Shown here: positions 1 to 13,448 of the stretch, piece after piece
Layout: every line of letters starts with the position of its first letter
How positions within the stretch are numbered: the first letter of the stretch is position 1
Source of the DNA: Eledone cirrhosa
Taxonomy: Eukaryota
Reading direction: 5' to 3'
NCBI GenBank assembly: GCA_964016885.1
Contig: OZ024746.1
Coordinates: 37,014,001 to 37,078,000, forward strand
DNA: 64,000 nucleotides
The notes under the pieces: generated by a model
What the model was told of the DNA's origin: nothing
Seen by the model: only the letters and a program-made list of their open reading frames with translations
Databases searched by the model: none
Program-made: the position numbers and the translations under genes

Positions 1-472
1 TTCGGCGAAGTCCAAGGCAGCCGCAAGTAGCGGTAAGGTGATTGAAGCATAGTAACTCTCTATGTCAAACTGGATGAATTTGGTGTCTCGTTTTTCCTCC
101 ATATTGCTGAGCCATGAGATTACTTCCTGGGTGTTGACCAATAGGCTAAGTCTGGCGTGTTGCTTAACTTTTGGTATAACGCGGTCTACGATTTTTTTGC
201 TGATTCTCCCTATGTCGGACTTCGTTGAGATTATAAGCCTGATAGAAGGTTTACCGTCGAAATCGGATTTTGGGTCCTTCAGTGTGAAGTAGGGTGTCCG
301 TGGGTCTAGGAGTTCCGTGCGATCGGCGACCCCGAGGCTGGAGGTAAGTTGTTGTCGATCTCGATTTATGTCCTCGATGCATCAGTGGTTAGCCTTTTTA
401 TAGGTGGAGTTTAGGCTGCTCCTGATCAGTGTGTGGTATCTGTCGGGGTTGACCAATCCTTGTGACAATCGC
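1..472 (-). mobile_element. Naiad-type Penelope-like element, 5'-truncated reverse transcriptase fragment running off the window
   Basis: Minus strand reads PYFTLKDPKSDFDGKPSIRLIISTKSDIGRISKKIVDRV...VNTQEVISWL...KFIQFDIESYYASITLPLL, matching Naiad RT motifs (ITLKDHK..F...P..RLI; FIQFDI..FYPSI). Confidence 0.85.
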
Positions 473-623
473 TCGGCTATTTATATACCAGGATAAACAT
501 TTTCATTTAGTCCAGAATTAGCCGTCGAAACGGCTTGAGCTCAGCCGTCGGTGTCCTACTACCCTAAATATTGAGTACTTTGGTGCGTTTTGGTCCACCG
601 GGTTCCTTACCACATTTCCTCCG

Positions 624-625
<2 letters not shown>
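473..625 (+). mobile_element. Inverted PLE 3' terminal segment with the 3' half of a hammerhead, ending in (TA)n
   Basis: Stem CGGCTA..TAGCCG, then GAAA, stem III ACGGCT/AGCCGT and a GTC triplet. Homologous copies at 32835-33013, 34495-34556 and 42881-43072. Confidence 0.65.
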
Positions 626-687
<62 letters not shown>

Positions 688-748
688 GTATGTATGTCTG
701 TGTAAATGGTAAGATAGATAGAAGGAATGATACAGAGATATAGTAGCA

Positions 749-934
749 TTGAATTGGCAGTATCGGTAGAGGGTTGGACACCATGCTTTCTAGCATAGTT
801 TCGTCCCTTTACAGTCTGAGTTCAAATCCCGCCGAGGTTAACTTTGCCTTTCATCCTTACGGGGTCGATAAAATAAAGTACCAGTAATGTACTGGATAAT
901 TGCTGGCCTTGTGCCTAAAGTAGAAACAATTATT
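749..934 (+). mobile_element. tRNA-derived SINE with Meta-domain-like core
   Basis: A-box-like TTGGCAGTATCGG, B-box GAGTTCAAATCC, core GCCTTTCATCCTTACGGGGTCGATAAAATAAAGTACC and 3' end GTAGAAACAATTATT; multi-copy in the window. Confidence 0.85.
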
Positions 935-1564
935 TATCTATTCACTCATCATTTAATATCCTCTGTATATTATGATATTATCAATTATTTCTGATATTAT
1001 GCATCGGTTTCTGATTACTATAGCATTTTTCATTTTGCTACCAATTGTGCAAACATATTGTTGATAATTTTATTAATACCCACATGCGTGCTATCTGGAT
1101 ATTGATACCATTATCAGCAAGAAATATGAGTACAAGTACGCTAGAAATGAATAGTGATAATTATGCTTGAAGAACGAGTTGAACAGGGAGAAATCAAAGG
1201 CTTCTTAGATAGATTGTATCAGTGATTGGAATTAGAATACTATTTGATGTATTTTTATATTTAGATTTGATACCATCCATATTTGTTGAAACTGAATAGA
1301 AGACTTGGATCGAATCCGATGTACATCACACAATATTAATGAAGCGTAAATTTACATACACCTAATATGTATTAGAATAATATTCATATGAGAAATATGA
1401 TCTAATATTGATTTATCTTAACAAAGGATCCCCCTATGGAAAGTATACAATAGTAATGTTCATTGGATGATATTTTGACCACTCGTACATCAACTTCAAC
1501 GTAAGGTGATCACAAAGAACTAGATAGAATAAAAATATATGTATATATATATATATATATATAA

Positions 1565-2247
1565 ATATAAGAATGTATACGTACATACATATATGTATAC
1601 AGACGTACAGTAATATGTATATACATATCTACATGCACACATATACATGTACGTATGGGTTTACCGAACATTTATTATAATGTTCGGTTTGTTTGTAAAC
1701 TAAACGCCCGAATTATTAGCCGTACAGTGTGCGGCAAACATCGTTGCAATTGGGTTGAACAATGACTAAGGAACGATGAACTAGTTTCTAGCTTATTAGC
1801 TGTCATCAGCACCGTATACCTTCCTGTCAGTTGATTGGACGTTTAAAAGTATATAGTTTCCTTATGCATCTTAACGGCTGAGTAGCCTAAATTGCATATC
1901 GAGTGAGTTAGTTAGCCTGGCGTACTGACAACGATAAATGGAAACAATGAAATATCATTTCTCACTCTTAGTACGGCTGATACTCAAATATAAGTATGTA
2001 TACGTACATACATATACGATGGTTGCCGAACACTCTACGGCTAATAATTCGGGCTGTTTGTTCACAAACAAACCGAGCATTATAATAAATGTTCGTTAAA
2101 CCCATACGTACATGTATATATGTGTGCATGTATGTAAGAATATACATACTACTGTACGTCTGTATACATATATAAATGTGCGTATACATACTTATATTTG
2201 AGTATCAGTCGTACTAAGAGTGACAAATGGAATTTCATTGTTTCCAT
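1565..2247. mobile_element. Retrozyme-like family B: about one ~420-bp unit plus an inverted partial arm between (TA)n tracts
   Basis: The start at ~1565 recurs at ~1986. 2016-2247 is the reverse complement of unit sequence. Contains an HHR; second locus at 43350-43790. Confidence 0.7.
1773..1815 (-). ncRNA. Type I hammerhead ribozyme (family B)
   Basis: Minus strand: ACGGTG-CTGATGA-C-AGCT-AATA-AGCT-A-GAAA-CTAG-TT-CATCGT. Stem I has 6 bp and stem III is palindromic. The triplet is GUU here and GUA in the 43.5-kb copy. Confidence 0.8.
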
Positions 2248-2294
2248 TTATATATATATGTGTGCATGTGTGTGTGTGTGTATATATATACACA

Positions 2295-3430
2295 TCTGCG
2301 GCCTCGCAGATTTATAGCCCCACGTTGGGCCTATATAACCCTCATGATAGTGACCGTTCCGCACACCCAAGTGACGCCAACCGAGCTCGACCTGAGCTGT
2401 GCACAAGCACGCGATGGCCCACGGCGAGCACCCAACAACCAGGAAGAATAGGACTAGGAATGTCACATAGCATAAGCCTCCGTACACGGTGGGTCTACGC
2501 ACCAGCCTGGCTAACACATTCTTTAGAGTACTGGATATCTGTTTCGCTAGGGACCATAAGTACCATAAAATATTCAACAGGCACACGGTGAAACTTTCCT
2601 ACTCAACCACACGCTCCGTAGCCCAGCACATAGCTGGCATAAATAGGAATAGGCTCACTGCCTCTAATACCACCATAAACCCCGGAGCCACCCAACAGAA
2701 CCAGAACGCGGGACGCATCGGAACCCGGACAGACCCAACTAGCACACCGGAACTCAACGACCTTGTGCTGATTGCGGAGGCTACCCAGCCAACCCCGAGT
2801 GATGCTAACCACGCGGTACATGTGGTGGGGTTTAAGAAGTAATTGCAGAGACCCGTCGCTATGCTCCCTTAGTAATGAATGCATGACCAAAAACGTGGTA
2901 TACAGGTGCAAGGTCACAACCCCTACCTCAAACACCACTACATAGGATCCAAAGCGACGAGCTTCAAAGCGCGGTGGTATAAACATCTTCATTCCTTTAA
3001 CAGAATAGATAAGAGAAAATGTACGGCCCTTTCTGAACTGATCTGGAAGCTCAAACTTGAAAAGACCCCGCACTCACTGGTCTGGTCAGTGGTTAGAAAG
3101 GTTCCCCCAGACAGAGGCGGGTCTGGTATTTGCAACCTCTGTCTTAGTGAGGCAATCGAGATACTTCATGGCGGAACCAAGCTATTAAACAGAAGGGCCG
3201 ACTTATTCGGTGCCTGCAGTCACCTAAGGACGGGAACTTTCCTCAAGCTATATGGATAAACCCCGGTTATGGCCTCCCTCAAGTCCCCCCCCGCCGGTGG
3301 GTCCCCTACACCCCGTACCAATGACCATTTGACAACAACAACCACCCATGGTTTGCGGTCCTTATGGTGGATGGTCCAGCGGATCCTCTACTGGTTGGGA
3401 GACATCTAAACAATGTTTTATTGAACCTGA
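2295..3430 (+). mobile_element. Naiad-type PLE 3' portion (RT thumb/linker and GIY-YIG endonuclease), frameshifted pseudogene
   Basis: Reads RNVT*HKPPYTVGLRTSLANTFFRVLDICF..HKYHKIFNRHTVKLSYS; NCRDPSLCSLSNECMTKNVVYRCKV; HYIGSKATSFKARWYKHLHSF..TALSELIWKLK..CNLCLSEA..CSH. Flanked by (TA)n. Confidence 0.9.
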
Positions 3431-3433
3431 TTT

Positions 3434-3464
<31 letters not shown>

Positions 3465-3573
3465 CATGTGTATATATATGTGTATTTTATGTGTGTATGT
3501 ATGCGTATCTTTGATATATGTGTGCGTATCTGTATGTATACATTTTATATATATATATGTGTATGTGTGTGTG

Positions 3574-3630
<57 letters not shown>

Positions 3631-4685
3631 TGACGTGTGTATATATTCTGTGTGTGTGTGTGTACCTATGTATATATATATATATTTTATCTTTTTGTAT
3701 GTATATATTTCATATGTGTGCATGTTCTGTGTATATATATATATTATATATATGTATATATATGTGTGTATACTTTTGCGTACATGCATGCATGCATATG
3801 TATATATGCACACCTGTATGGATTTGTGTGTGTAGATGTGTGAGTGTTTGAGGGGGTAGGTGTGAGTGTATGTACAAGTGAACCAGCATAAACCGTTTAT
3901 TTCTAATTTTTCTAAACTATCTAAGTATTGGACTCTAACCATTATATAAAGTATTACCACCCCACTTTTTGTATGTGTAGAAGTGCGTATGTGTCTGTGG
4001 AGGTGTGTGTGAATGTAGTGCATGCCAACCTAAATAAGACTTTTTTATTTGCAAACTTTCTACTCCAACCATAATTTTCAGTAGCACCACTCCACATAAA
4101 TTCCTCAATGTAAGAATGACCTGTAGTATCTATTTCATACTATTATCCTTATTTAAAAATATATCAAGAGTGCCTTTTGTGAAAATCAGTCATGTGGACC
4201 TATTGTCATCTTGCCTGATGGTTTGAACCCTACAGAACCACCTGCCTCTTTGAGGTCAAATACCAACCTACTACCATCCACAAACTGACCAATGAGAATC
4301 AAGACTATTCCTGCTGATATCAAAATATTCCTAACAAGCTCATATGTCCCAAGGCTCTGATACCATCAACACTATACACACAGAGCTGGCATATCTAAGA
4401 ACTGACTAACTGTCTGATGAGGTCATAGACATTCAATGGCTATCATCTACATATATATAGCAGTAAATAAAGGATTATGAGTTCATGCAATTGACTTATG
4501 TTTCGTCACTATATATATATATATATATATATATACATAGATAGATATATTATATATACATATATATATATATATAAATGGAATAGAATACATATATGCA
4601 TATATATATATATACATATATACAGATATATACATATATATACATATATATATATACATATATATACATATATATACATATATAG

Positions 4686-5546
4686 ATAACTTTCTTTTTA
4701 TTTGCCACCAGGGCATCAAAAAAGAGACAAGTACAAAGAGGGGAGTTTACATGCAAAGGCGTCCTCAATATGGACGAGGCAATAACATGATATAAAATTA
4801 TAAAAATAAAATAAAATGTAACAAAATAAATTTTATAACAAAATCATCAATAGGGAGGAGGCGCCTTGGGTGGTCGCACACACCCTCGAAAAAAAGTGTG
4901 CAACCCCACTCCTCTGGAGCACAGATAGGGGATGCTCCCTTGGTCTTTCAACTTCCTCACCTATAGTATGATGTAGAGTGAAGGTCCATTCACACGGGCC
5001 ATTCTTGCCACTTTCACCCATCTTTCATAAAAACGGCTGGGGTGCAGCACCTCTCTCTCCATCCTGATCCTTCTTCCGAAATGATATCGGAAGAAACGGA
5101 CCAGTTGTTGGCCAGAGAGAAATGTGTCTGACCTCAGTCCTTTCAGACGCGTCAACCATACAACCTCTTTCGCCATGGCTATTACGCACAGAAACACCGC
5201 CTCTCCTTCGTTTTTGAAGAGGGGAGGCGGCTTGATCGTTACAATAGACTCGGTGGTCAACCGGATCGGTCCCACCCTTGACAGCAGTTGTTCGACATAG
5301 CCCCACAGATCGGCAATGCCCGAGCAGTGTACCAATACGTGTGCAACGGTTTCCTCGTCGCACACGCATCTTGGACAGATCTTTTTTGAGGGTTCCCTAC
5401 CCGGGCGCCCGTGTCTGTAGAGCCTTTCTCGAACGGGCAGAACCCCTCGGTAGCACTGCCAGGCCAGAGATCTCTGGAAGTTATCCATGGGTCCCGGGCT
5501 GAATGTCCTATCGAACAGGTTGGCCAGTTCGTCTTCCTCCATGCCT
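4686..5546 (-). mobile_element. Tx1/L1-like LINE, 5'-truncated (ORF2 C-terminal zinc-binding region and 3' UTR)
   Basis: ORF 4961-5542 contains LAWQCYRGVLPVRERL..CPRCVCDEETVAHVLVHC (zf-RVT-like CCHC). The A-rich 3' end abuts (TA)n. Confidence 0.8.
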
Positions 5547-5643
5547 ATACATATATAGATATTACGATAGATATATAGATATTACGATAGATATAGATAT
5601 ACATATAGATGTAGATATAGTTTAATATGCAACATTATTATAA

Positions 5644-5838
5644 GGGCGGTGATTTGACAGTATCGGTATAGGGTCGGACACCATGCTTTGCAGCAAAGTG
5701 TTACGTCCCTTTATAGTCTAAGTTCAAATCCCGCTGTGGTTAACTTTGCCTTTCATCCTTACGGGGTCGAGAAAATAAAGCACCTGTAATTCACTGGAAT
5801 AATTGCTGGCCTTGTGCCAAATGTAGAAACAATTATTA
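5644..5838 (+). mobile_element. tRNA-derived Meta-like SINE with putative 10-bp TSD ATTATTATAA
   Basis: Same family as 749-934. Direct repeat at 5634-5643 and 5832-5841. Confidence 0.85.
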
Positions 5839-7682
5839 TAACTGGTGCACATAAAATACCACCGGTGGCCTTCAATGACGCTTTATATATTCCTGATGCG
5901 AATATATGTGAAACCTATTGTGCTCTAGCTCTATTCACTATATAGGCTGTGAAATCCTTGTACAGGTTATATACAAATTAACTGAATTCAAATATTAAAC
6001 ACTACTACATCTGCAGCCTGAATATTATGCCAGATAATTTTTTCAGTTCATATTTATTTTCAAGGCTATCAGTATTTGTGGTGACCTTGCATTTTACATG
6101 TCGTTTTCCCATTAAATAAATATGAAGCAGCAAGGCTGATAAACGGAAACAAGCAATAGATAAATTTAGAATGATCATTTCAATATAAAGAGCTATATAC
6201 AAATGCATAAATATTGTTATTTCATATTATTTCATTGTTCAAAGAGTCTCTCTATGTATCATGCTCGGTACAAAGATGTTCATACAGAAGTGAGATAATA
6301 TTTTAGTTTGTGTTCTTTATTATTTTTTTGACAATGAGAGAAAAGATAAATATGATTATGGAAGTGAGTAAAAAAAATTGCTTTTCCTATACACTGAATG
6401 GCTTAATCTTCTATGTAAATATTCTGAGGAAAATATAATGTTCTAAATAAACACAAAAATTAAATGAAAGCAAGCAGATACTGAGAATTCACAGTCGGAA
6501 AAGTCGATTGGAATGTGTATAATAATTGTTAAGATTAATTATACATGTCGTAGTAGGCATGTTGAATTCTAACCTCATAGTAGTGAAGGAGCAATCTGTA
6601 GCAGTCTGTTGGCTTGACATAATACATCTCCACGTAGCTTTCCAATTTAACACTGTTTCTATTATATTGATAAACTTCCATTCACACACACGCACACCCT
6701 CAGCAGTGATTAAAGCATAGGCATATGCGCCGCCCCACCTCTTGCTCTCACTCAATCTATCTCTCTATATATACATATGTGTGTGGGTGGAAGCGTGTAT
6801 GCAAGATATCTGTAGATAAAAGGACATTTAGTATAATTACAATTCTATACACTTATTATGTATGCAGGATCTGAGATTTCTCGATCCAGTTATGGCCAAT
6901 ACAGTATAGTGGAAGAGCCATTTCAAAGGTAGCCTCTCTTTGGGTACCAGTATGAATTTATGAAACAAATAACGATTGCTCACTAAAATTGGTTTTAACG
7001 CAGTGGAGAGTAACTTTTCGAGAACAACTGGGGCAATTTCCGAGATACGAATTTCTCGGGGTAGAAAGATTGAAACGTGCGTATGTCTACAATGTGCGTC
7101 GCTTGAGTTGTAAGCTTATTATCTTAACATCTTAAAGCTTTAATGTTATGTTAGTAGAAGTCACACAACTTGTTTAAAGATTCGTGAATGTCTCACAAAT
7201 GATGAAAACTCAAGTCATACTGAGATAAAACTATACAGACTTTGCGTGAGGAATTTTTTTATTTTTTTTACGAGCTGTTGGTTGAAATGCAATTGAGATA
7301 TGTGTGCCATGTTCAAAGGGCCCCCCAAAAGTGTATTTATACAAGTGAAGCTCTAAATTGTATATTGTATATGATTTAGTAAATATCCCTTATCTTAAGG
7401 CTATATTAGAATGAAATAAACAACTTAGCGGTCCCGTTGCGAACAACCTTCATATCCAATGTTCTTTCCCTGGCATTTTGTACTACATTAATTTGTCGAC
7501 TCACCGTTCTAGGCAAGATAGATTTTCTCCTCCCAACTCTCTACCAACACCCCCTCTCTCTCTCTCTTTCTCTCTCTCTCTTCTCTTAATATGTCTTTAA
7601 CAGTATTTACATTTCGAGAGTTAGTCACCAATTTGGCAGATAGGGTGTTGTCACCAATTTAGCGGAGAAGTATTTAGAGAGT

Positions 7683-9795
7683 TGTAATGTCGCCACGAGG
7701 AACCAGGTTTGGTAGAAAGATATGATAGGAATATCGACAACGACTTTAGCTTGGTTTTACATTATTTATTAACAGAGGTTGAGCTGGCATGCCAAGAGAA
7801 ATAAAACAAATCAATTAAGATTACAAGAGAAAATACGGTCGACTGGCTGTGGCGTTTAGCCAATTCCGTAGTAAAATTGTTGTGTCGTTACATATTGTTT
7901 GTGCTGGCGGAGCAAAAGAACAAGTGGTGTTTACCTGAGCACGGTCTAGCTGGAAGTGGTAGCGTCCTCAAATATTTGCGGGCTATTTCTCCCTCAGAAC
8001 GCGTAGGGATACATCCTCTTCTACTGGCGCTGATTGGCTGAGCTGAGCCAAATCACGCACAGAGAATGTATGTGAGCCCGCGAAATGTAGGTCACTACAT
8101 CACCTCCGAGCAGATGTTTAGCCGAAAATCGTTAACGATGAAGCCGAGGACCCACAGATTATTGAATCAGCAAGAACAAATGCTGAAAGAGCACATCAGT
8201 GAAAAAATAATTGAGCAGAAAGATGCATGCAAGAAAAAAAAATGAGGCGCGACGGGCCGTGTTGAGCCGCTGTCAAATGACTAGCTGTTTTGTAGTTTAT
8301 ACGTGACCACCAAAGGTCTACCAGAAAACAGATAAAGTCTGAGATGGGCGAAGTTGCTGTTCTTGCATTAAATGTTAATGATAAGTGTTGTACCAGTATC
8401 TGTGGACGAAGCTATTATGGTAGTTTACCAGTGCTGGCGAGAAAATGATGGCCTCCCAGATGTATTGCCGAATGTGCTCGGGAGCCAGGAAAAAATGGCT
8501 GGTTGCTTTGATAAGAAAAAAAAAGCAAGTTGAATCTGTAAGTGTGTGTATATATGCAGGCATGTAATACAGCAAAGAAAATGTGTGCGAGCGGTCACAT
8601 ATACAATGATAGAGAGAAATTAATTTTCATATAATACAGTTTAAAAAGAATAAAAGTCCAAAATGAATGCCTGAAAAAAAAAGGAAGAAAGAAAGAATTG
8701 TTTATTTTCTTTTAACAAAATGTTCGCTTCTTTTTTCTTTGGGAGCGCTCTTACTAGGGAGTCAGTAGAGTTGCTGTTGCAAAGTCACAATGAATCTTCT
8801 GTAGAGTAGAAGTCGAGCGATGAAGAACCCATAGTCACCGATATGGCAGCCACGTCTGACGCCATAATTGTGAGAAAACAAATGTCTTAATTTCTGGAGT
8901 CCTTGTGGTAACGAGAGAGAAGGTATGGTGGTTGCGTCGGTAAAATTACAAGCCGTTCCCTGGTGTTGGTTAATAGTTAGCCATGTGTTGCTGCTGATGG
9001 CTGGTACTTGGCGGTAGCCGTTTTTAAATTTCCTCGTGGCGTAAAGTTTTTGAAATACTGCTATTTTTTTTCTAAAAATATTCGAAAGTAAATTCGAACA
9101 AAAAAAAAAATTATTCTCCATGAAAATTATTCGGCAAGATGGCCGATTTAAAATGCGCCTGTGATGAAGAAGCCGTCATGTGGCGCGACGCAGACAATCA
9201 GACGGCTGGGATCGAAGAAGACAAGCTGTACGCGGGAAAACAAAATGTTTGAGTCTCCATTTGTAAGTTTAACAGAATGTTGAAAGCAAAATTCTATATC
9301 CACAGAAATCCTTTTTTTTTTTTCTTTTTAAAATTTTTTTTTTTGTGTCGTATTTTTGTGTTTGTCTGTATGCGTGCTTCAACAAATGGAATATTATGGA
9401 TTTGATGGACTTACGCTAAGTGAGTCTAGCTATCCGACTCGAACATTCCAAATGTTAAGCCATTCCACATTGCCGTGAAAAAGAATGGCGAATTCAAATA
9501 GGCTGCGTTTTCATTCTTAATCGTGGAGTACGCTAATTTGGCTGAAGATGTTTGGCCAGGCTCGTAGGTAATGTTTTGTGTCGTTACATATTGTTTGTGC
9601 TGGCGGAGCAAAAGAACAAGTGGTGTTTACCTGAGCACGGTCTAGCTGGAAGTGGTAGCTTCCTCAAATCTTTGCGGGCTATTTCTCCCTCAGAACGCGT
9701 AGGGATACATCCTCTTCTACTGGCGCTGATTGGCTGAGCTGAGCCAAATCACGCACAGAGAATGTATGTGAACCCGCGGAATGTAGGTCACTACA
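7683..9795. mobile_element. Degenerate LTR element: full LTR-like 7683-8099 (TG...CA) and partial second LTR ~9575-9795
   Basis: A ~220-bp near-identical direct repeat ends in GGTCACTACA. The first copy begins TGTAATG, an imperfect inverted match to CACTACA. No intact internal ORF and no TSD found. Confidence 0.55.
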
Positions 9796-9813
9796 TGTCT
9801 GTATACACACACG

Positions 9814-9844
<31 letters not shown>

Positions 9845-9849
9845 TTTTT

Positions 9850-9976
9850 GAAATATAGAAATGATTTCTCCCGAATGAAACAGTTCTCGTCCTGTAGAAG
9901 CCATTTCTATATTAAATATCTGTACTCTGCTAAGTATTAAGTACCTTACTTAATGTGGTTACCCCCGATTGAACCC

Positions 9977-9980
<4 letters not shown>
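9850..9980 (+). mobile_element. PLE-type 3' tail with a core-deleted hammerhead
   Basis: ATATAGAAATGATTTC pairs with GAAGCCATTTCTATAT, and GAAACAG..CTGTA forms stem III/GUA, but CTGANGA is missing. Related fragment at ~46415-46450 (minus). Confidence 0.45.
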
Positions 9981-10055
<75 letters not shown>

Positions 10056-10949
10056 TTTAACATACCAGTATCTAGGTGTCAGTATATTGTCTGTGTATAA
10101 GTAACACTTGTCTGGTTCCTAGATTTCACCAGGGAAAATATTTCACCATCGCAACTAGTTATTGGCATTTATGTGATCAGTAAGTGTCATTATATCGCGG
10201 ATTTATCTTGTCTTTAGCCGCGCAATAAAACACACTGAACTGCAGCCTGCTTATTTTTAATCGGCATTCAGTCCCAATTTTACAGAAATGTTGGGACTGT
10301 GCCATTTCACATTAGCTCGTATAATCACCATATAAAGGATTGTAATGGTAATAGTAATTAAACATAGGTATGTTTCAGTATACAATCCCAGACGCTGCAT
10401 TTCAACTCATCTACGCCGATGTCAGTGTGTACTTTGGGTTTATATTCCAGTGCGTTCGACTTTGGCAATAATTTAAATCTACTTGATATATTCTTACCAA
10501 TGAACCGATAATTTCTCTTTCTAATTGCGAAAAGTAAAACTTGTATAAATCAACAAATTATACTTTATATTTTCATTGAAATGAAATAATCTACTCCGTA
10601 TTAAAGTGCGTAAGCCTTTATATTTGCAAGGAAAACAAGAATTGATCTCTAGATATTACGTTGAAATTTCATGAGCTAGGAACTTCCAAGTGATCAAATC
10701 TCACAAGTAATCAAGAAACTAGAACCTATACACAAGCATGAATTATGAATGCACTGAGTCAAAAATCCAAAAGTTTATTTGTCATTGGGAAGAGATTACT
10801 CCGTACAATGTTCTCTATCATCATTCATGATCTTGTGAGCAATCGAATGGCGCATAGAATTATGTCCATATTCGTAACAAGCGATCGTTGAGTGATATTT
10901 TTCAACTTAACCCATACACATATATGTATATCCAGCTATCCATTCCTAA

Positions 10950-11330
10950 AAAATGCGCCTTAGGAAGACCTCACACCTCCAATGATTGGCGAAAAGCCTG
11001 AAAAAGAACTTGGAAATAACGTAGTCACTTTCAAGATATATTTGGAATGGGCTTCAAATTGCTCTGATGTATGCCCACCCATTATCAATATTTAAGTATA
11101 TCTCAAGGATAAGGTATATAACACAAATCACTGAACGTAGGAAAATATCAGGTAGGAGATAACGGACACCTCTGTGTCTTACAACAGCAACACTTCCTCT
11201 TGTTTATTTGCTTATTTTTTCATCAAATGCAACTCATACACACACTGTTCATCTCTTACATGCACAGGGATCAGAAGTATTGTACCAATACGATGCTCAA
11301 ATCAGCTTTGCTAGCAAGGTCACAGAAGAG
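10950..11330 (+). pseudogene. Highly decayed Penelope-like RT relic
   Basis: Frameshifted GNNVVTFKIY..GMGFK.ALMYAH..YLKDKVYN resembles the PLE motif NN.F.F...AMGTK.APTYAN..YLE.K.Y. Confidence 0.35.
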
Positions 11331-11584
11331 GTAAAGATGCATCTCATCTTACGTAACTCATGGCATATTCTGCTAATAATATATGTATATCCCAATCAAC
11401 AAGCACCTGCTTTGTATAATATTTGGTTATATCCCATCATTCTTCTCATTTTCTTATACAAATTATTCCGACAAGTTCCGCAAACTATCATCAGAAGTGC
11501 AGTACCAACTTTGCGAAGTTGCATGGTATGCGAATGCCTCACACGTTACAGATCTATTTCTCATATTACGTAACCATATGATGA

Positions 11585-11795
<211 letters not shown>

Positions 11796-12427
11796 ATATA
11801 TGTTTATATATTTCTATATGTATATATATACATATGCGTGCGTCTATATGTACGTTCGTGTGTGTGTGTATGCATTCCTTTAGGATCTATTATGTAACAT
11901 ATTGTACTTTCTGATAATTATACAGAATGGAATTAAGCAAAGCTCAATCGAAGTTTAAAAGTAAACTCATTACATCTGAAAGTGATTTGAAACGCGAAAA
12001 TTCCTGTCGCTTCATTTACTTCGAGAATTTGATTCAAATCGCAATAATGTTAATTTTCTGTGGCATAATATATATGATATCTGTTGCGTTTATTAATATA
12101 TTGTCATATTGTAGCAACCGACGGTTTCAAATAATTATCAGCTTCATTTATTGAAGACTTATCTGCATCTAAAAGGATTTAAGATTGCTATTCTGAAAAC
12201 AGGAACGGATTAAATAGAGAGGAATATATCACGAGAAATCTAATCCTCGTCTTTGCGGTAACAGCAGAGACACTCGTGCACACACATACGCGCGCACATA
12301 CAGGCAGACAAACACACATGCACAAACACAGACCCATAGACACATGCGCACATATACACACATATATATATATATATATTTAAATTAAACACACACACAC
12401 ACACACACACCTATATGTATGTATATA

Positions 12428-12543
<116 letters not shown>

Positions 12544-12560
12544 AATGAAAGGTATAGAAA

Positions 12561-12592
<32 letters not shown>

Positions 12593-12850
12593 GTATACAT
12601 ATATATATTTGTAAATATATTTGCATACATATATATGTATGTATATATATAAACATGCATATATATGCATGTATATACATATATGTTTACATGTATGCAT
12701 AAATATGCAGCTGTAACTGATATATACCATTATCATTATCAAGGGTTTCACAGCCTATTATGAGATATTAAACATCACATATGAAAATGTATATGCATCT
12801 GCACATTTACATATTATGTGCATGTTTGGTGACCCTAAAAAGTTATTCTT

Positions 12851-12924
<74 letters not shown>

Positions 12925-13448
12925 AGTAGGTGTGTGCGTGTGTGTATGCATGTGTGTGTGTGTGTGTGTGTGCGGCTGTGTGTATGAGTATGTGTGCGTG
13001 TGTATCAGTGCGGTTGTGGGTGTGTGTATATGTGCGAATGCCCACCATCAATTGCGCTTGTATATACGTGTTACATGATTAATAATAGGTAACTGTATGC
13101 TTCATTAGTTCATTAGACTCTCATAATTGCTAATATGGAATTAAATTTTGATTACATAGATTATATAATTACAATTTTTATAGTACGGGATGAATATTCT
13201 GCGTTTGAAATCCATTTATTTATCTGCCTATGTAACTGCCTCATCGAATCATCTACCTTTCATGTAAGTACCGTCATAGCGTCATCTCGTTATCTCTAGT
13301 TCAATAATCTCAAAATACCATCTTTCTCGTTTATACAATATGGAATACACATGGCTCTTAAAATGTTCATATATGCTCTAAAACTGTTTGGAAAGAGCGA
13401 GAACAAAATTTACTCAGTAGTGGGTATGAGTCTGTGCGTATTCAGTAA

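Noticed and set aside
749-934. tRNA genes at A/B-box motifs
   Set aside because: They are SINE heads followed by a shared core and tail, with TSDs in several copies; no full cloverleaf is evident.
3316-3376. SECIS-like hairpin after the first Naiad ORF
   Set aside because: ATGA/GGAT are out of register with the stem, the stem is too short, and there is no in-frame TGA at Cys positions.
4410-4465. Hammerhead at CTGATGAGGTCAT
   Set aside because: No GAAA or stem III follows; at best a decayed relic.
11927-12154. 75-aa ORF with a hydrophobic stretch
   Set aside because: Expected by chance in T-rich DNA; no family motif or other support.
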